64,000 nucleotides of DNA. Origin: an uncultured Clostridia bacterium (GTDB lineage Bacteria; Bacillota; Clostridia; Christensenellales; HGM11417). Shown here one piece after another: positions 1-8,201 of this stretch. The stretch lies in the NCBI GenBank assembly GCA_944332455.1, contig CALVJY010000010.1, positions 170 through 64,169 on the forward strand, in the 5' to 3' direction. Each line of letters opens with the position of its first letter. The first letter of the stretch is position 1. A program made the translations under genes and the position numbers. The notes below the pieces were generated by a model. It searched no databases, was not told the origin of the DNA, and worked only from the letters and a program-made list of their open reading frames with translations.

Positions 1-2
1 GC

Positions 3-464
3 AGCTACAGCTGGCTGGTCGCCCACAAGACCGCCACCTCGACCACCATTTCGGACGCCGTCCTCCAGAAGATGGCGGACAGTCTGGAGATGGACGCCGG
101 CAGCCGGGTCAACATGATCGTCTGCTCGGCCGGGGTGCGGCGGGCCTACCAGAACTACCTGCTGACCAACACCCGCAACGTGGACGTGGTCAACCTGGAG
201 GGCGGCTACAAGGCCATTTCCTTCAGCGGCATCCCGCTGGTGGCCGACAAGTTCTGCCCGGCCAAGCACCTTTACATGCTGAACACCGACGACTTCAAGC
301 TCCACCAGCTGTGCGACTGGAAGTGGCTGGAGGGCGAGAACGGGCGGGTGCTCCGGCAGATGGAAAACAAGCCGGTCTACACCGCCACGCTGGTCAAGTA
401 CGCCGACCTGATGTGCGACAAGATCTACGGCCAGGGCGTCTTTACCAACATCACCGAGGCCTGA
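3..464 (+). CDS. Phage major capsid protein, C-terminal part (runs off window start)
   Basis: Open frame from base 3 (SYSWLVAHK...). The C-terminus 'GGYKAISFSGIPLVADKFCP...KLHQLCDWKWLE...YTATLVKYADLMCD..GQGVFTNITEA' resembles HK97-fold capsid P-domain ends in Firmicutes phage-like loci. Confidence 0.72.
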   Translation, partial: SYSWLVAHKTATSTTISDAVLQKMADSLEMDAGSRVNMIVCSAGVRRAYQNYLLTNTRNVDVVNLEGGYKAISFSGIPLVADKFCPAKHLYMLNTDDFKLHQLCDWKWLEGENGRVLRQMENKPVYTATLVKYADLMCDKIYGQGVFTNITEA

Positions 465-572
465 GCCCGGGGAGGCAGGGGCCGGACCTTCCGGCCCCGC
501 CTTCCGAAAAAACGGACCGGCAGGAGAGGGCGGCATTTCGCCTTTCCCTGAAAACCGGTCGGGGAGGAGGAT

Positions 573-818
573 ATGCAGCGGCATCTGATCCGCATCCGCT
601 CGGACGCGCTGGACATCGCCGACCGCATCCGGGAGATCGACCCGGACTATCGGCTGTTTTATGACCCGCGGCGGCAGCGGTACGAGGTCTTTCTGGATGA
701 CGAGGGGAAGCGGCGGACCGCCGTGCTGCCCTTTTCCGCCCTGGACGCCCGCGCCGAGCGCTATCTGCGCCGCACCCGGGTGGAGCGGGCCGACCAACTG
801 TTTGCCGAACTCTTTTAG
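573..818 (+). CDS. Small hypothetical protein of the phage-like module (81 aa)
   Basis: Strong RBS GGAGGAGG before ATG, coding-like codon usage, directly after the capsid gene. Confidence 0.65.
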   Translation: MQRHLIRIRSDALDIADRIREIDPDYRLFYDPRRQRYEVFLDDEGKRRTAVLPFSALDARAERYLRRTRVERADQLFAELF

Positions 819-822
819 GGGT

Positions 823-1356
823 GGTGAGGCACAACCTGTACGCCACTCTTGGCTGACCGAGAAAATTGATTGATAATTCCTGCGATAAATTTTAGTCGAT
901 ATGTGCCGCGGAGCGGCACTTGATATATGGCCTGACGGCCATTCGATATGCGGCCCTATCGTGCCGCTCGATATGTGCCACAACGTGGCACGTATTGGAC
1001 AGAAACACATTGAAAGCAGTACGGTTATAAAATCCATAGTTTTCGATCTGTTTTATCCAATACGAATGGCCGGGTTCGGGGCCTCTGCCTTGATCTTTAC
1101 TCCATATATGGAGGGACAAAACAGAGGGGAAAAACAAGGAACAAGGCCATTCATATCGATTGCCCGCAAAGCGGGCAAATATCGAGTTTGCCTTTGGCAA
1201 ACATATCAAGTTTCCCGTCAGGGAAACATATCGTCTGAAAGATTGGGCGAGAACGGCAACTTTTTTTACCCTTCATTTTGTCACGGGCGTACAGGATGTG
1301 CCTTCAGGCACCCCGGCGGCGCTGCCGCCCATATCGAGTTTCCCGCCAGGGAAACA
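823..1356. repeat. Family A intergenic repeat mosaic (hairpin array plus GCAGGAA...GAGTGGGCGTA...GTGCC-GGCAC module)
   Basis: About 823-985 is the reverse complement of the unit at 57222-57401. About 1041-1290 is the reverse complement of about 3676-3996. Hairpins are joined by (C)ATATCGA linkers. Confidence 0.85.
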
Positions 1357-1398
1357 GTTCGACCTAAAAAGAAGGAGGGGCCCTTCGGGGCCGAGATC

Positions 1399-1959
1399 AT
1401 GAAAATTCAGATGAATCAATGTATCAAGCTGGCCGCCGGCCTTCTGGGCCTGAGCGCGGTGGCCGAAAACCCCGCGGGGGAACTGGGCGGGGAGGACGCC
1501 GCCGACCGCGACCTGCTGCTAAAGTGCGTCAACCTGGCCGCCCAGCAGACCGCCCTGAAGACCTCGCCGCCCCGGGCCGAGGAGACCGTGACGATCGAGG
1601 GGCAGGAGCTGGAGCTGGGGCAGCTCTCCAAGCGGGCCCTCGAGGTGATCGGCGTGCGGGACCATCAGGGGAGGCCGGTCGCTTTCACGCGGCTGCCCTA
1701 CGGGGTGCGCCTCAAGGGGCCGGGGACCTTCCGGGTGCGCTATGCCTTCCTGCCCGACGACGCCGCCCTGAACGGCAGTCTGGCCTTCGACGAGGGCCGG
1801 GTGCACGCCGAACTTCTGGGTATGGGCGCGGCGGCCGAGTACTGCCTGATCTCCGGACGGTTCTCGGAGGCCGCGGCCTGGGAGGAGGAGTTTCTAAGCC
1901 GCCTCTCGGCCGCGGGCCGCAGGGCGCGTCTGCCCCGGCGGGCCTTCGCCGTCAGCTGA
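1399..1959 (+). CDS. Putative head-tail adaptor / head completion protein (podovirus gp4 / tail tubular protein A-like)
   Basis: 186 aa. Helical N-terminus, beta-rich middle ('FRVRYAFLP'), helical C-terminus ('LLGMGAAAEYCL...AAAWEEEF'). Lies between the capsid and nozzle-like genes. The upstream part of the 901..1959 ORF is repeat-derived. Confidence 0.5.
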   Translation: MKIQMNQCIKLAAGLLGLSAVAENPAGELGGEDAADRDLLLKCVNLAAQQTALKTSPPRAEETVTIEGQELELGQLSKRALEVIGVRDHQGRPVAFTRLPYGVRLKGPGTFRVRYAFLPDDAALNGSLAFDEGRVHAELLGMGAAAEYCLISGRFSEAAAWEEEFLSRLSAAGRRARLPRRAFAVS

Positions 1960-2016
1960 GGCCTTTTGCCGGAGGTCGCTCTCAGCAGGGGGGGGAGTCT
2001 TTGCCCTTACACACCC

Positions 2017-2199
2017 AAAAACATGGGCCGTCGGGCGATGATTCATTGAAAAGGGCAAAAGTTCCGGAAGAGCCGGACCGCCGCTCCCTGAAAGAGGCCC
2101 CGAAAAACATGGGCCGTCGGGCGATGATTCATTGAAAGGGGAAAAGTTCCGGAAGAGCCGGTGTTTTCCCTTGAAAAGGCCAAAAAACGCGGGCCGTCG
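2017..2199. repeat. Degenerate direct repeat, ~60-bp unit x2 plus partial third (starts 2017, 2103, 2182)
   Basis: AAAAACATGGGCCGTCGGGCGATGATTCATTGAAA.GG..AAAAGTTCCGGAAGAGCCGG occurs twice. Confidence 0.85.
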
Positions 2200-2245
2200 C
2201 CCCGGCCCTTGAGCCCATCAAAAACGATCACAGGAGGGGAACCAC

Positions 2246-3655
2246 ATGAAAATTCCCTCGGTCCGCCGCACCGTGCAGATCTTCTCGGATTTTTCGGGAG
2301 GGGTGTCGGGGCAGCGGGAGGAAAACCTGCTGCCCCAGCGCTATGCCCGGGCGGGGTTCAACTTTGCCTCCGGGGACGGCGCCCTGCGGGGGGATCCCGG
2401 CGTCAGCGCGCTGTCCGCCGGGATCGGCATCGCCGACAAGAGCTTTGCGATCGCCGGGGAGAGCGTGGAGGGGGTCTACTACTTCCGGCGCTACGACCAC
2501 GAGGAGGACTGCCCCGACGACAAGCTCCTCTTTTACACCGCCTCCCACAAGATCTACGCCTCCGACCTCTGTCAGGCGGGGGCGCCCTATCTGGTGGACA
2601 TGACCTTTTCCTCCCGGCCCTTCGGGGTGGGCTACCGCCTGAACGGGGAGGACGTGATCATCCTGGCCACCGAGACCGACGCCATGACGGTGTGGGACGG
2701 GGTAAACGACCCCTACCAGCTGACCGACGCCCCCAGGGTGTCCTCGCTGTGCGTACACTACGAGCGGCTGTTCGCCACCGCCGCCGGCGAAAACACCGCG
2801 GTCTGGTTTTCGGACGATCTGAACGTCACCAACTGGAACGTCTCATTAGACGAGGCCGGCTTTATCGAGAACGTGGACGAGGGCGGGGGCTTTCTGAAGG
2901 CGGTCAGCTTTCTGGATTCGGTCTACCTGTTCCGCTCCTACGGCATCTCCCGGCTGACCGCCTACGCCGACCAGACGGCCTTCCGGCTCTCCCGCCTCTT
3001 CGTCTCGGCCGGGCGCATCCTCCCCGACACCGTCTGCGTGTGCGGGGACCGGATCAACTTTCTGACCGAGCAGGGGCTGTACAGCTTCGACGGCTACGAC
3101 ACCGTCCGGCTCTGCCCCCAGTGGGACAGGCTGATCCTGCCCAGGGAGGGGAGCCCTTCGGCGGCCTTCGCGGAGGGAAACTATCTGCTGTGCTGCCGGG
3201 CGGACTTCGGGGAGAGCGGCGCCGGCAACAACGCCCTGCTGATCGCGGGCCGGGAGCAGACCGTCTGCAAGATGCCGGTCGATTTTGTGGCCGCCCTCTC
3301 GGCCGAGAGCCGGAACATGGCGCTGCTCTGCGCCGAGGGCAAGGCGGCCATGCTGGACAAAAGCGGCAAGTGGTTCGGCCAGTCCCTGGAAAAGCGGTGG
3401 GAGACCCCCTTTTCCGACCTCAACCGGGCGGACGCCCAGAAGGTCGCCCAGCTTCTGACCCTGAACGCCGACGGCCCCTGCACGGTCACCGTGCGGAGCG
3501 AGCGGGGGAGCCGGACCCTCTCCTTTGCGGGGACTGGGGCCGAGCAGAAGCGGTTCTCCCTCCGGGGCACCCGCTTTTCGCTGGAAATTTCCTCCGAAGC
3601 GCCCAACCTCTGCCTGTCCAAGCCCGAACTTACAATATGTACCCTTCGGGATTAG
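2246..3655 (+). CDS. Putative tail nozzle / DNA-stabilization protein (P22 gp10 / T7 gp12-like beta-propeller)
   Basis: RBS AGGAGGG. N-terminal 'FSDFSGGV' resembles the D-F-x-G-G start of podovirus nozzle proteins. Repeated beta-blade motifs (ERLF...VWFSD..NVTNW, FLDSVYLFR..GISRL). Confidence 0.58.
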   Translation: MKIPSVRRTVQIFSDFSGGVSGQREENLLPQRYARAGFNFASGDGALRGDPGVSALSAGIGIADKSFAIAGESVEGVYYFRRYDHEEDCPDDKLLFYTASHKIYASDLCQAGAPYLVDMTFSSRPFGVGYRLNGEDVIILATETDAMTVWDGVNDPYQLTDAPRVSSLCVHYERLFATAAGENTAVWFSDDLNVTNWNVSLDEAGFIENVDEGGGFLKAVSFLDSVYLFRSYGISRLTAYADQTAFRLSRLFVSAGRILPDTVCVCGDRINFLTEQGLYSFDGYDTVRLCPQWDRLILPREGSPSAAFAEGNYLLCCRADFGESGAGNNALLIAGREQTVCKMPVDFVAALSAESRNMALLCAEGKAAMLDKSGKWFGQSLEKRWETPFSDLNRADAQKVAQLLTLNADGPCTVTVRSERGSRTLSFAGTGAEQKRFSLRGTRFSLEISSEAPNLCLSKPELTICTLRD

Positions 3656-3659
3656 TTCC

Positions 3660-4421
3660 GGCCAGACGGCAATAACGCCCGTGACAAATGAAGGGTAAAA
3701 AGGTTGCCGTTTTCGCTCCGTCTTTATGTCGATATGTTTGCCTGACGGCTTTCGCTCCGTCTTTATGTCGATATGTTTGCCTGACGGCTTTCGCTCCGTC
3801 TTTATGTCGATATGTTTGCCTTTGGCAAACTCGATATGTTCCCTTCGGGAACACGATATTTGCCCGCAAGGCGGGCAATCGATATGAATGGCCTAGTTTA
3901 TTGTCTTTTCCCTCTGTTTTGTCCCACCATATTGGAGCAAAGATAAAGCAGAGAGGCCCAAACCCGGCCATTCGTATTGGATAAAACAGATCGAAAGATG
4001 TACGATTTTTAAAAACCTATCGCAGGAACAAGCGATCTGGTTTTCCGTTTGTCCCGAGTGGGCGTACGGAAAGGTGCCTGTGGCACCCCCGGCGTTGGCG
4101 CGACGAGATTGAAAGCCCGGTACATATCCGGTACATATATGGTGTTCGTCCACAACGTGCCGCGAAGCGGCACATATCGAGCAAGGCGAGCAAAGCTGAG
4201 CCTGTATATCGGCTAAAATACATTGCAGGAACATCAAGCAATGTCCACACTTGCTCAGAGTGGGCGCGTTGCCAGGTGCCGCCGGCACCGGAGCCTTGCA
4301 TATCGAATGGCCGTCAGGCCATATATCGAGCGGCCGTAGGCCGCATATCGACAAACATAATTTGCAGGAACAAGCAATCAATATTCTCGCTTATTGAGAG
4401 TGGGCGTGCTTTCAGGCACTT
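3660..4421. repeat. Family A repeat mosaic, including a 39-bp tandem x~3 (3711-3821) and three GCAGGAAC...GAGTGGGCG modules
   Basis: TTTCGCTCCGTCTTTATGTCGATATGTTTGCCTGACGGC starts at 3711, 3750 and 3789. Modules lie near 4022, 4223 and 4363. Confidence 0.85.
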
Positions 4422-4438
4422 GTCAAGAGGAGAACATC

Positions 4439-5623
4439 ATGCCGGATTACGGAAAAATGGCCTGGCTGCGGACCGAGGAACTGCTGGCCCGGGTGGAGGC
4501 GCTGGAGAACAGAAGGGGGCTGGCCCTGGGGCTGACCCTGAACGAGGAGGTGCTGCGCTCGGTGACCGAGCACAACCTGATCACCCTGCCCGTGCAGGGC
4601 GAGGCCGGGGGCAGCGTGGAGTTCCGGGCCGCCCTGACCGTTCTGGGCGGGGAGGCCGGGGCGGGCAAGACGGCCGCCCTCCGCCTGGCCTGGGACGGCA
4701 CGGAGATCGCCCGCTTCGAGCGGACGCTGGCGACCGGGAGCGAGGTCTGGTCGGTGAGCGCGGCCTTCGGGGCCCTGTCCGGGCGGCACACCCTGACCGC
4801 CGACCTGCTGGCGGAGGCGGGAAGCTGCTACCTGGAGCGGGCCGAGCTGACCCTGACGGGGACGGGGGTGCGCGAGGAAAAGGCCGAGGCCCACTATGCC
4901 GCCTTCGGCAGCCGCTACGGGGAGATCTTCCTGCTGGAGCGCAAGGGGGGACTGGACCTCGTCAACCAGTCCGAGAGCGGGCAGACCATCACCACGCCCG
5001 CCCGCACCCTGCCAAGGCCGGATGACTTCGCGGCCTGCGAGATCTTTTCGGGGCAGACCTCGCACACTCTGTTTTTCCGGCTGACCGGGCGGGAGCTGTA
5101 CGGGGGGCTGCTGAACCTGCTCACGGGGGCGGAGACCCTGCAAAAAGTGGCCGGCGGGGTGACCTCGGTCTCCTGCGTGACCACGGATCAGGGGGCGCTG
5201 GCCGCCGCCGTTGTCAACGGGGGCGTGTTCGTGTTCCCGGTCACGATGGCCGGGGAGACCCTCTCCTTCGGGAGTTTTTCCGAGGTCCGCCTCTCCGGCA
5301 TGGCCGAAAAGGTCTGCCTGGTGCCCGGCGGCCCCCATCTTCTGATCCGCACGGGCGGGGTGTTCTACCTGCGGACGGGGAGCGCCTCCGGCTTTTCCCC
5401 GGCGCTGCGGGTGGGCAAGGGGGAGACCTGTAACGGCTGGACGGACGAGGACGGCCTGCATCTGGAGCTGGGCGGCGAGGGCTGCGTGACCGCGCTGGAC
5501 CTGACCGGCGGGGCGCTGACCCAGCCGGCCTTCGTCCGCCTGGCAGACGAGGTCAAGCGGCACGGAAATTATATCCTGAGCCGCACTTCGGATCGCTACA
5601 TGATGGAGAGGCTGGAAACTTAG
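4439..5623 (+). CDS. Hypothetical protein of the phage-like module (possible tail appendage; short N-terminal coiled coil then beta-rich)
   Basis: RBS AGAGGAG 6 nt before ATG 4439. 394 aa with host-like codon usage. No family recognised. Confidence 0.7.
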   Translation: MPDYGKMAWLRTEELLARVEALENRRGLALGLTLNEEVLRSVTEHNLITLPVQGEAGGSVEFRAALTVLGGEAGAGKTAALRLAWDGTEIARFERTLATGSEVWSVSAAFGALSGRHTLTADLLAEAGSCYLERAELTLTGTGVREEKAEAHYAAFGSRYGEIFLLERKGGLDLVNQSESGQTITTPARTLPRPDDFAACEIFSGQTSHTLFFRLTGRELYGGLLNLLTGAETLQKVAGGVTSVSCVTTDQGALAAAVVNGGVFVFPVTMAGETLSFGSFSEVRLSGMAEKVCLVPGGPHLLIRTGGVFYLRTGSASGFSPALRVGKGETCNGWTDEDGLHLELGGEGCVTALDLTGGALTQPAFVRLADEVKRHGNYILSRTSDRYMMERLET

Positions 5624-5639
5624 ATTGGAGGTAAAAGCC

Positions 5640-6548
5640 GTGTTTGACTTTACATTCGGCGAAGAGGACAAGAAGGAACAGGAAGAGCAGCAGGCCCACA
5701 AGAGCCAGCTGCTGAAGGAGCTGGAGGAGGTGGACAAAAAGTATCAGGCCGACCCCACCGGGGTGGAGGACGAGGACACCTCGCTGGGCCTGACCTTTCT
5801 GGAGGCCGACCCCCGTCCGCGGGAGGAGCTGGAGGCCGAGGCCCGCCGTCAGGTGGAGGAGGCCGACCGGACCGAAAAGCAAAAGCTGACCCAAGAGGCC
5901 GACCGGGAGATCTCGGACCTCGATCGTCAGCGGGCGGAGACCGAGCAGGCCGGGGCGGAGGCCAGGGCCGGGCTGGAGCAGGCCTACGCCGACCGCAAGA
6001 AGGAGGCCGAACAGCAGGCCCTCTCCCGGGGGCTGGCCCGCTCCTCGATCATCATGGGGCAGATTGAGGAATTCGACCGCGGCAAGCTGGACGATCTGGG
6101 GGCGCTGGAGCAGTCCCTGCTCTCGGAACTGTCCGGCCTGTCCGAGCGCCGGGCCGACCTGGAGCGGGAGCGGGACAACGCCATTTCCGAACTCGACCTG
6201 ACTGCGGCCGCCCGCATCTCCGAGGCCCTGTCCGCGCTGGAGCAGGAGGAGCGGGAACGCCTGGAGGAGATCGTCAAGTACAACAACACCCTGACCGAGA
6301 AGCAGACCAAGTACGACGCCGACCGCCGGGACGCGGCCTGGAGCAAGCGCAATCAGGCCCTGTCCAACCTCAGTCAGGCCGAACTGCAGAAGATGATCGG
6401 GGAGGAAAAGGTGGAAAAAGTCAAAGCCTACTACGCCGGCCTCTCCCCGCAGGCGGCCCTGGAGGACCTGCTCGCGGATGCCGAACTGCAAAAAATGCTG
6501 GGGAGCTACTACGCCTACCTGGTCAGCTACTACCGCAACCGCATCTGA
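5640..6548 (+). CDS. Acidic coiled-coil protein (possible internal virion / ejection protein)
   Basis: RBS GGAGGT then GTG at 5640. Long E/Q/A/R/L-rich helical sequence. Last gene of the module. Confidence 0.7.
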   Translation: MFDFTFGEEDKKEQEEQQAHKSQLLKELEEVDKKYQADPTGVEDEDTSLGLTFLEADPRPREELEAEARRQVEEADRTEKQKLTQEADREISDLDRQRAETEQAGAEARAGLEQAYADRKKEAEQQALSRGLARSSIIMGQIEEFDRGKLDDLGALEQSLLSELSGLSERRADLERERDNAISELDLTAAARISEALSALEQEERERLEEIVKYNNTLTEKQTKYDADRRDAAWSKRNQALSNLSQAELQKMIGEEKVEKVKAYYAGLSPQAALEDLLADAELQKMLGSYYAYLVSYYRNRI

Positions 6549-6686
6549 TATCGCAAGCGTCTGATATTGCAATTGCATTTGATATCGCAATTGCATTTGA
6601 TATCGCAATTGCATTTGATATCGCAATTGCGTTTGATGCTGCGATCGCGTTTGATATCGAAATCGTATTTGATATCGCGCCGCATT
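6546..6686. repeat. 18-bp tandem array x8, consensus TGATATCGCAATTGCATT
   Basis: Units start at 6546, 6562, 6580, 6598, 6616, 6634, 6652 and 6670. The core units carry the palindromes GATATC and GCAATTGC. Confidence 0.95.
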
Positions 6687-6702
6687 GGTTGCTTTAATCG
6701 CA

Positions 6703-6743
6703 AAGCCGCCGCCGCAAAAGTTTTTTGCGGCGGCGGCTTCTTT
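6703..6743. terminator. Bidirectional intrinsic terminator between the phage-like module and fic
   Basis: AAGCCGCCGCCGCAAAA-g-TTTTTTGCGGCGGCGGCTT inverted repeat between convergent genes. Confidence 0.75.
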
Positions 6744-6796
6744 GGGTGAAAGTTCACAGTTTGAAATCTTGTTCGAAATATTTCTTGGTTGAAGGT

Positions 6797-7783
6797 TTAC
6801 AGTTTGAAGTATCTTTGATTCCGGCTTGTCGGCCTGTCCGGCTCGGTCATGCCGATCAGCCCTGCCTCCAGGGCGGGCTGCAGGTAATTTTTGTGAAACG
6901 AGGTGCGCGATCTGAGGCCGAGTTTTTCCATCAGCTCCAGCGCGGTCTGGGGATAGCTTTCGATCACGGACATCAGCGCCCCGATCTGATGGCTCAGGTG
7001 ATCCCGGTGATCCCGTGCGTCTGCGGCCAGGGCCCGGACGGCCTCCCGGATGGCTCCGAGCATGAAGAGGATAAAGGGATCGGACCGCCCCTCCGAGGTG
7101 GAGAGCCCGATCGCCCGATAGTATTCCTGCTGCCGGTCTTTGATGATGCTCTCAACGGGGATCCAGGCGAACACGGGCTTCCAGCTCGCCAAAAGAGCGG
7201 TCTGCCAGAAGCGCCCCATTCTGCCGTTGCCGTCGCAAAAAGGGTGGATGAATTCGAATTCATAGTGGAACACGCTGGAGCGAATGAGCATCTGGGCCCG
7301 GCTGTTTTTCAGCCAATCGAAGAGCTGGTGCATCAGCTCGTTCACCAGATCGTGAGGAGGGGCGACATGAAGCACCTTTCCCCGCTCGTTGATGACGTCG
7401 ACCGATTCCGTGCGCAGGACCCCGGGCTCCTTCATCAGCCCGTCCATCATCACCCCGTGCGCCCTTTTCAGGTCGTCCGGAGAAAAGGGATCCAACCCGG
7501 GCAGCATCCGGTAGGCGGCAAAGGCGTTCTGCACGGCCCGGATGTCTTCCTGCGGGCCGAGGACCCGCTTTCCCTCGATGACGTCGGTCACCTGCGCCAG
7601 GGACAGCGTGTTGTTTTCGATGGCAAGAGAGGAATGGATGGAGCGGATCCGGTTGACCCGGCGCAGGCGGGGCAGCTTTTCCAGCTCTTGGACCGCGCTC
7701 AGCCTGCCAAGATCCTCCATGATCTCGGACGTCAGCGCCAGCATCTCTTCCGTGATGGTGTAGGGGGGCGTGTAACCTTCCAT
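6797..7783 (-). CDS. Fic family protein with C-terminal HTH
   Basis: Canonical motif HPFCDGNGRMGR, inhibitory motif SLAIEN (S/T-x-x-x-E-G/N), C-terminal winged-HTH-like region ending 'PTSRNQRY'. Confidence 0.92.
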   Translation of the reverse strand: MEGYTPPYTITEEMLALTSEIMEDLGRLSAVQELEKLPRLRRVNRIRSIHSSLAIENNTLSLAQVTDVIEGKRVLGPQEDIRAVQNAFAAYRMLPGLDPFSPDDLKRAHGVMMDGLMKEPGVLRTESVDVINERGKVLHVAPPHDLVNELMHQLFDWLKNSRAQMLIRSSVFHYEFEFIHPFCDGNGRMGRFWQTALLASWKPVFAWIPVESIIKDRQQEYYRAIGLSTSEGRSDPFILFMLGAIREAVRALAADARDHRDHLSHQIGALMSVIESYPQTALELMEKLGLRSRTSFHKNYLQPALEAGLIGMTEPDRPTSRNQRYFKL

Positions 7784-7806
7784 AAAAGCCTCCGATCGTC
7801 CCCTTC

Positions 7807-7835
7807 ATTATAGCAAAAATCTCCGTGGGAGTCAA
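7807..7835 (-). promoter_or_regulatory. Sigma-A promoter of fic
   Basis: Minus strand TTGACT-17-TATAAT with extended -10 TG. Confidence 0.8.
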
Positions 7836-7846
7836 TCTTTATCAGG

Positions 7847-7897
7847 ATCTTATATGTTATCTTATATGTTTTCTTATGTGTTATCTTATATGTTATC
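7847..7897. repeat. 12-bp tandem repeat x4 (ATCTTATATGTT)
   Basis: Units at 7847, 7859, 7871 (two mismatches) and 7883. Confidence 0.9.
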
Positions 7898-8009
7898 CTG
7901 TATTTTCCGGGAGTAAACATCTTTTTGCCGCGACCGGACTGCCTTTTAGCAGAGGTTGAATGATGCTTTTCCCTTTTTGCATACCTTTCGGGAATGCTCC
8001 AGGCCCGGC

Positions 8010-8090
8010 GGCGGATCGATGACCCGGGCGGATCGGCAGACCCGGAGGCGGATCGATGACCCGGGCGGATCGGCAGACCCGGAGGCGGAT
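8010..8090. repeat. 37-bp tandem repeat x2 plus partial
   Basis: GCGGATCGATGACCCGGGCGGATCGGCAGACCCGGAG at 8011 and 8048. Confidence 0.9.
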
Positions 8091-8118
8091 TGACAAACCC
8101 GACGGATTGTGCTATACT
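8090..8118 (+). promoter_or_regulatory. Sigma-A promoter of the MBL hydrolase gene
   Basis: TTGACA-17-TATACT with extended -10 TG. Confidence 0.8.
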
Positions 8119-8201
8119 CTTTCCAAACGGGAAACTTCTGTGATCACAGTTTAAGATCATTTTTTGTGCCGTTTTTATGAGATATCCGGGAGGAGTCGGA
8201 C

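Noticed and set aside
901-1398. N-terminal extension of ORF 901..1959 and other ORFs inside repeats (892..1209, 3630..3984, 6530..6757, 19455 extension, 25097-25934, 40214-40940, 56426-57349)
   Set aside because: They translate hairpin or tandem repeats, lack an RBS and coding codon bias, and recur as the same peptides at other repeat copies.
4022-4070. ECF-sigma promoter reading of GGAAC...CGTA modules
   Set aside because: The spacing of about 35 nt is roughly double the 16-17 nt required.
1-6743. Intact inducible prophage right end
   Set aside because: No lysis, tail-fibre chaperone, integrase or att repeat was seen, and composition matches the host. This cannot be fully excluded without the upstream sequence.
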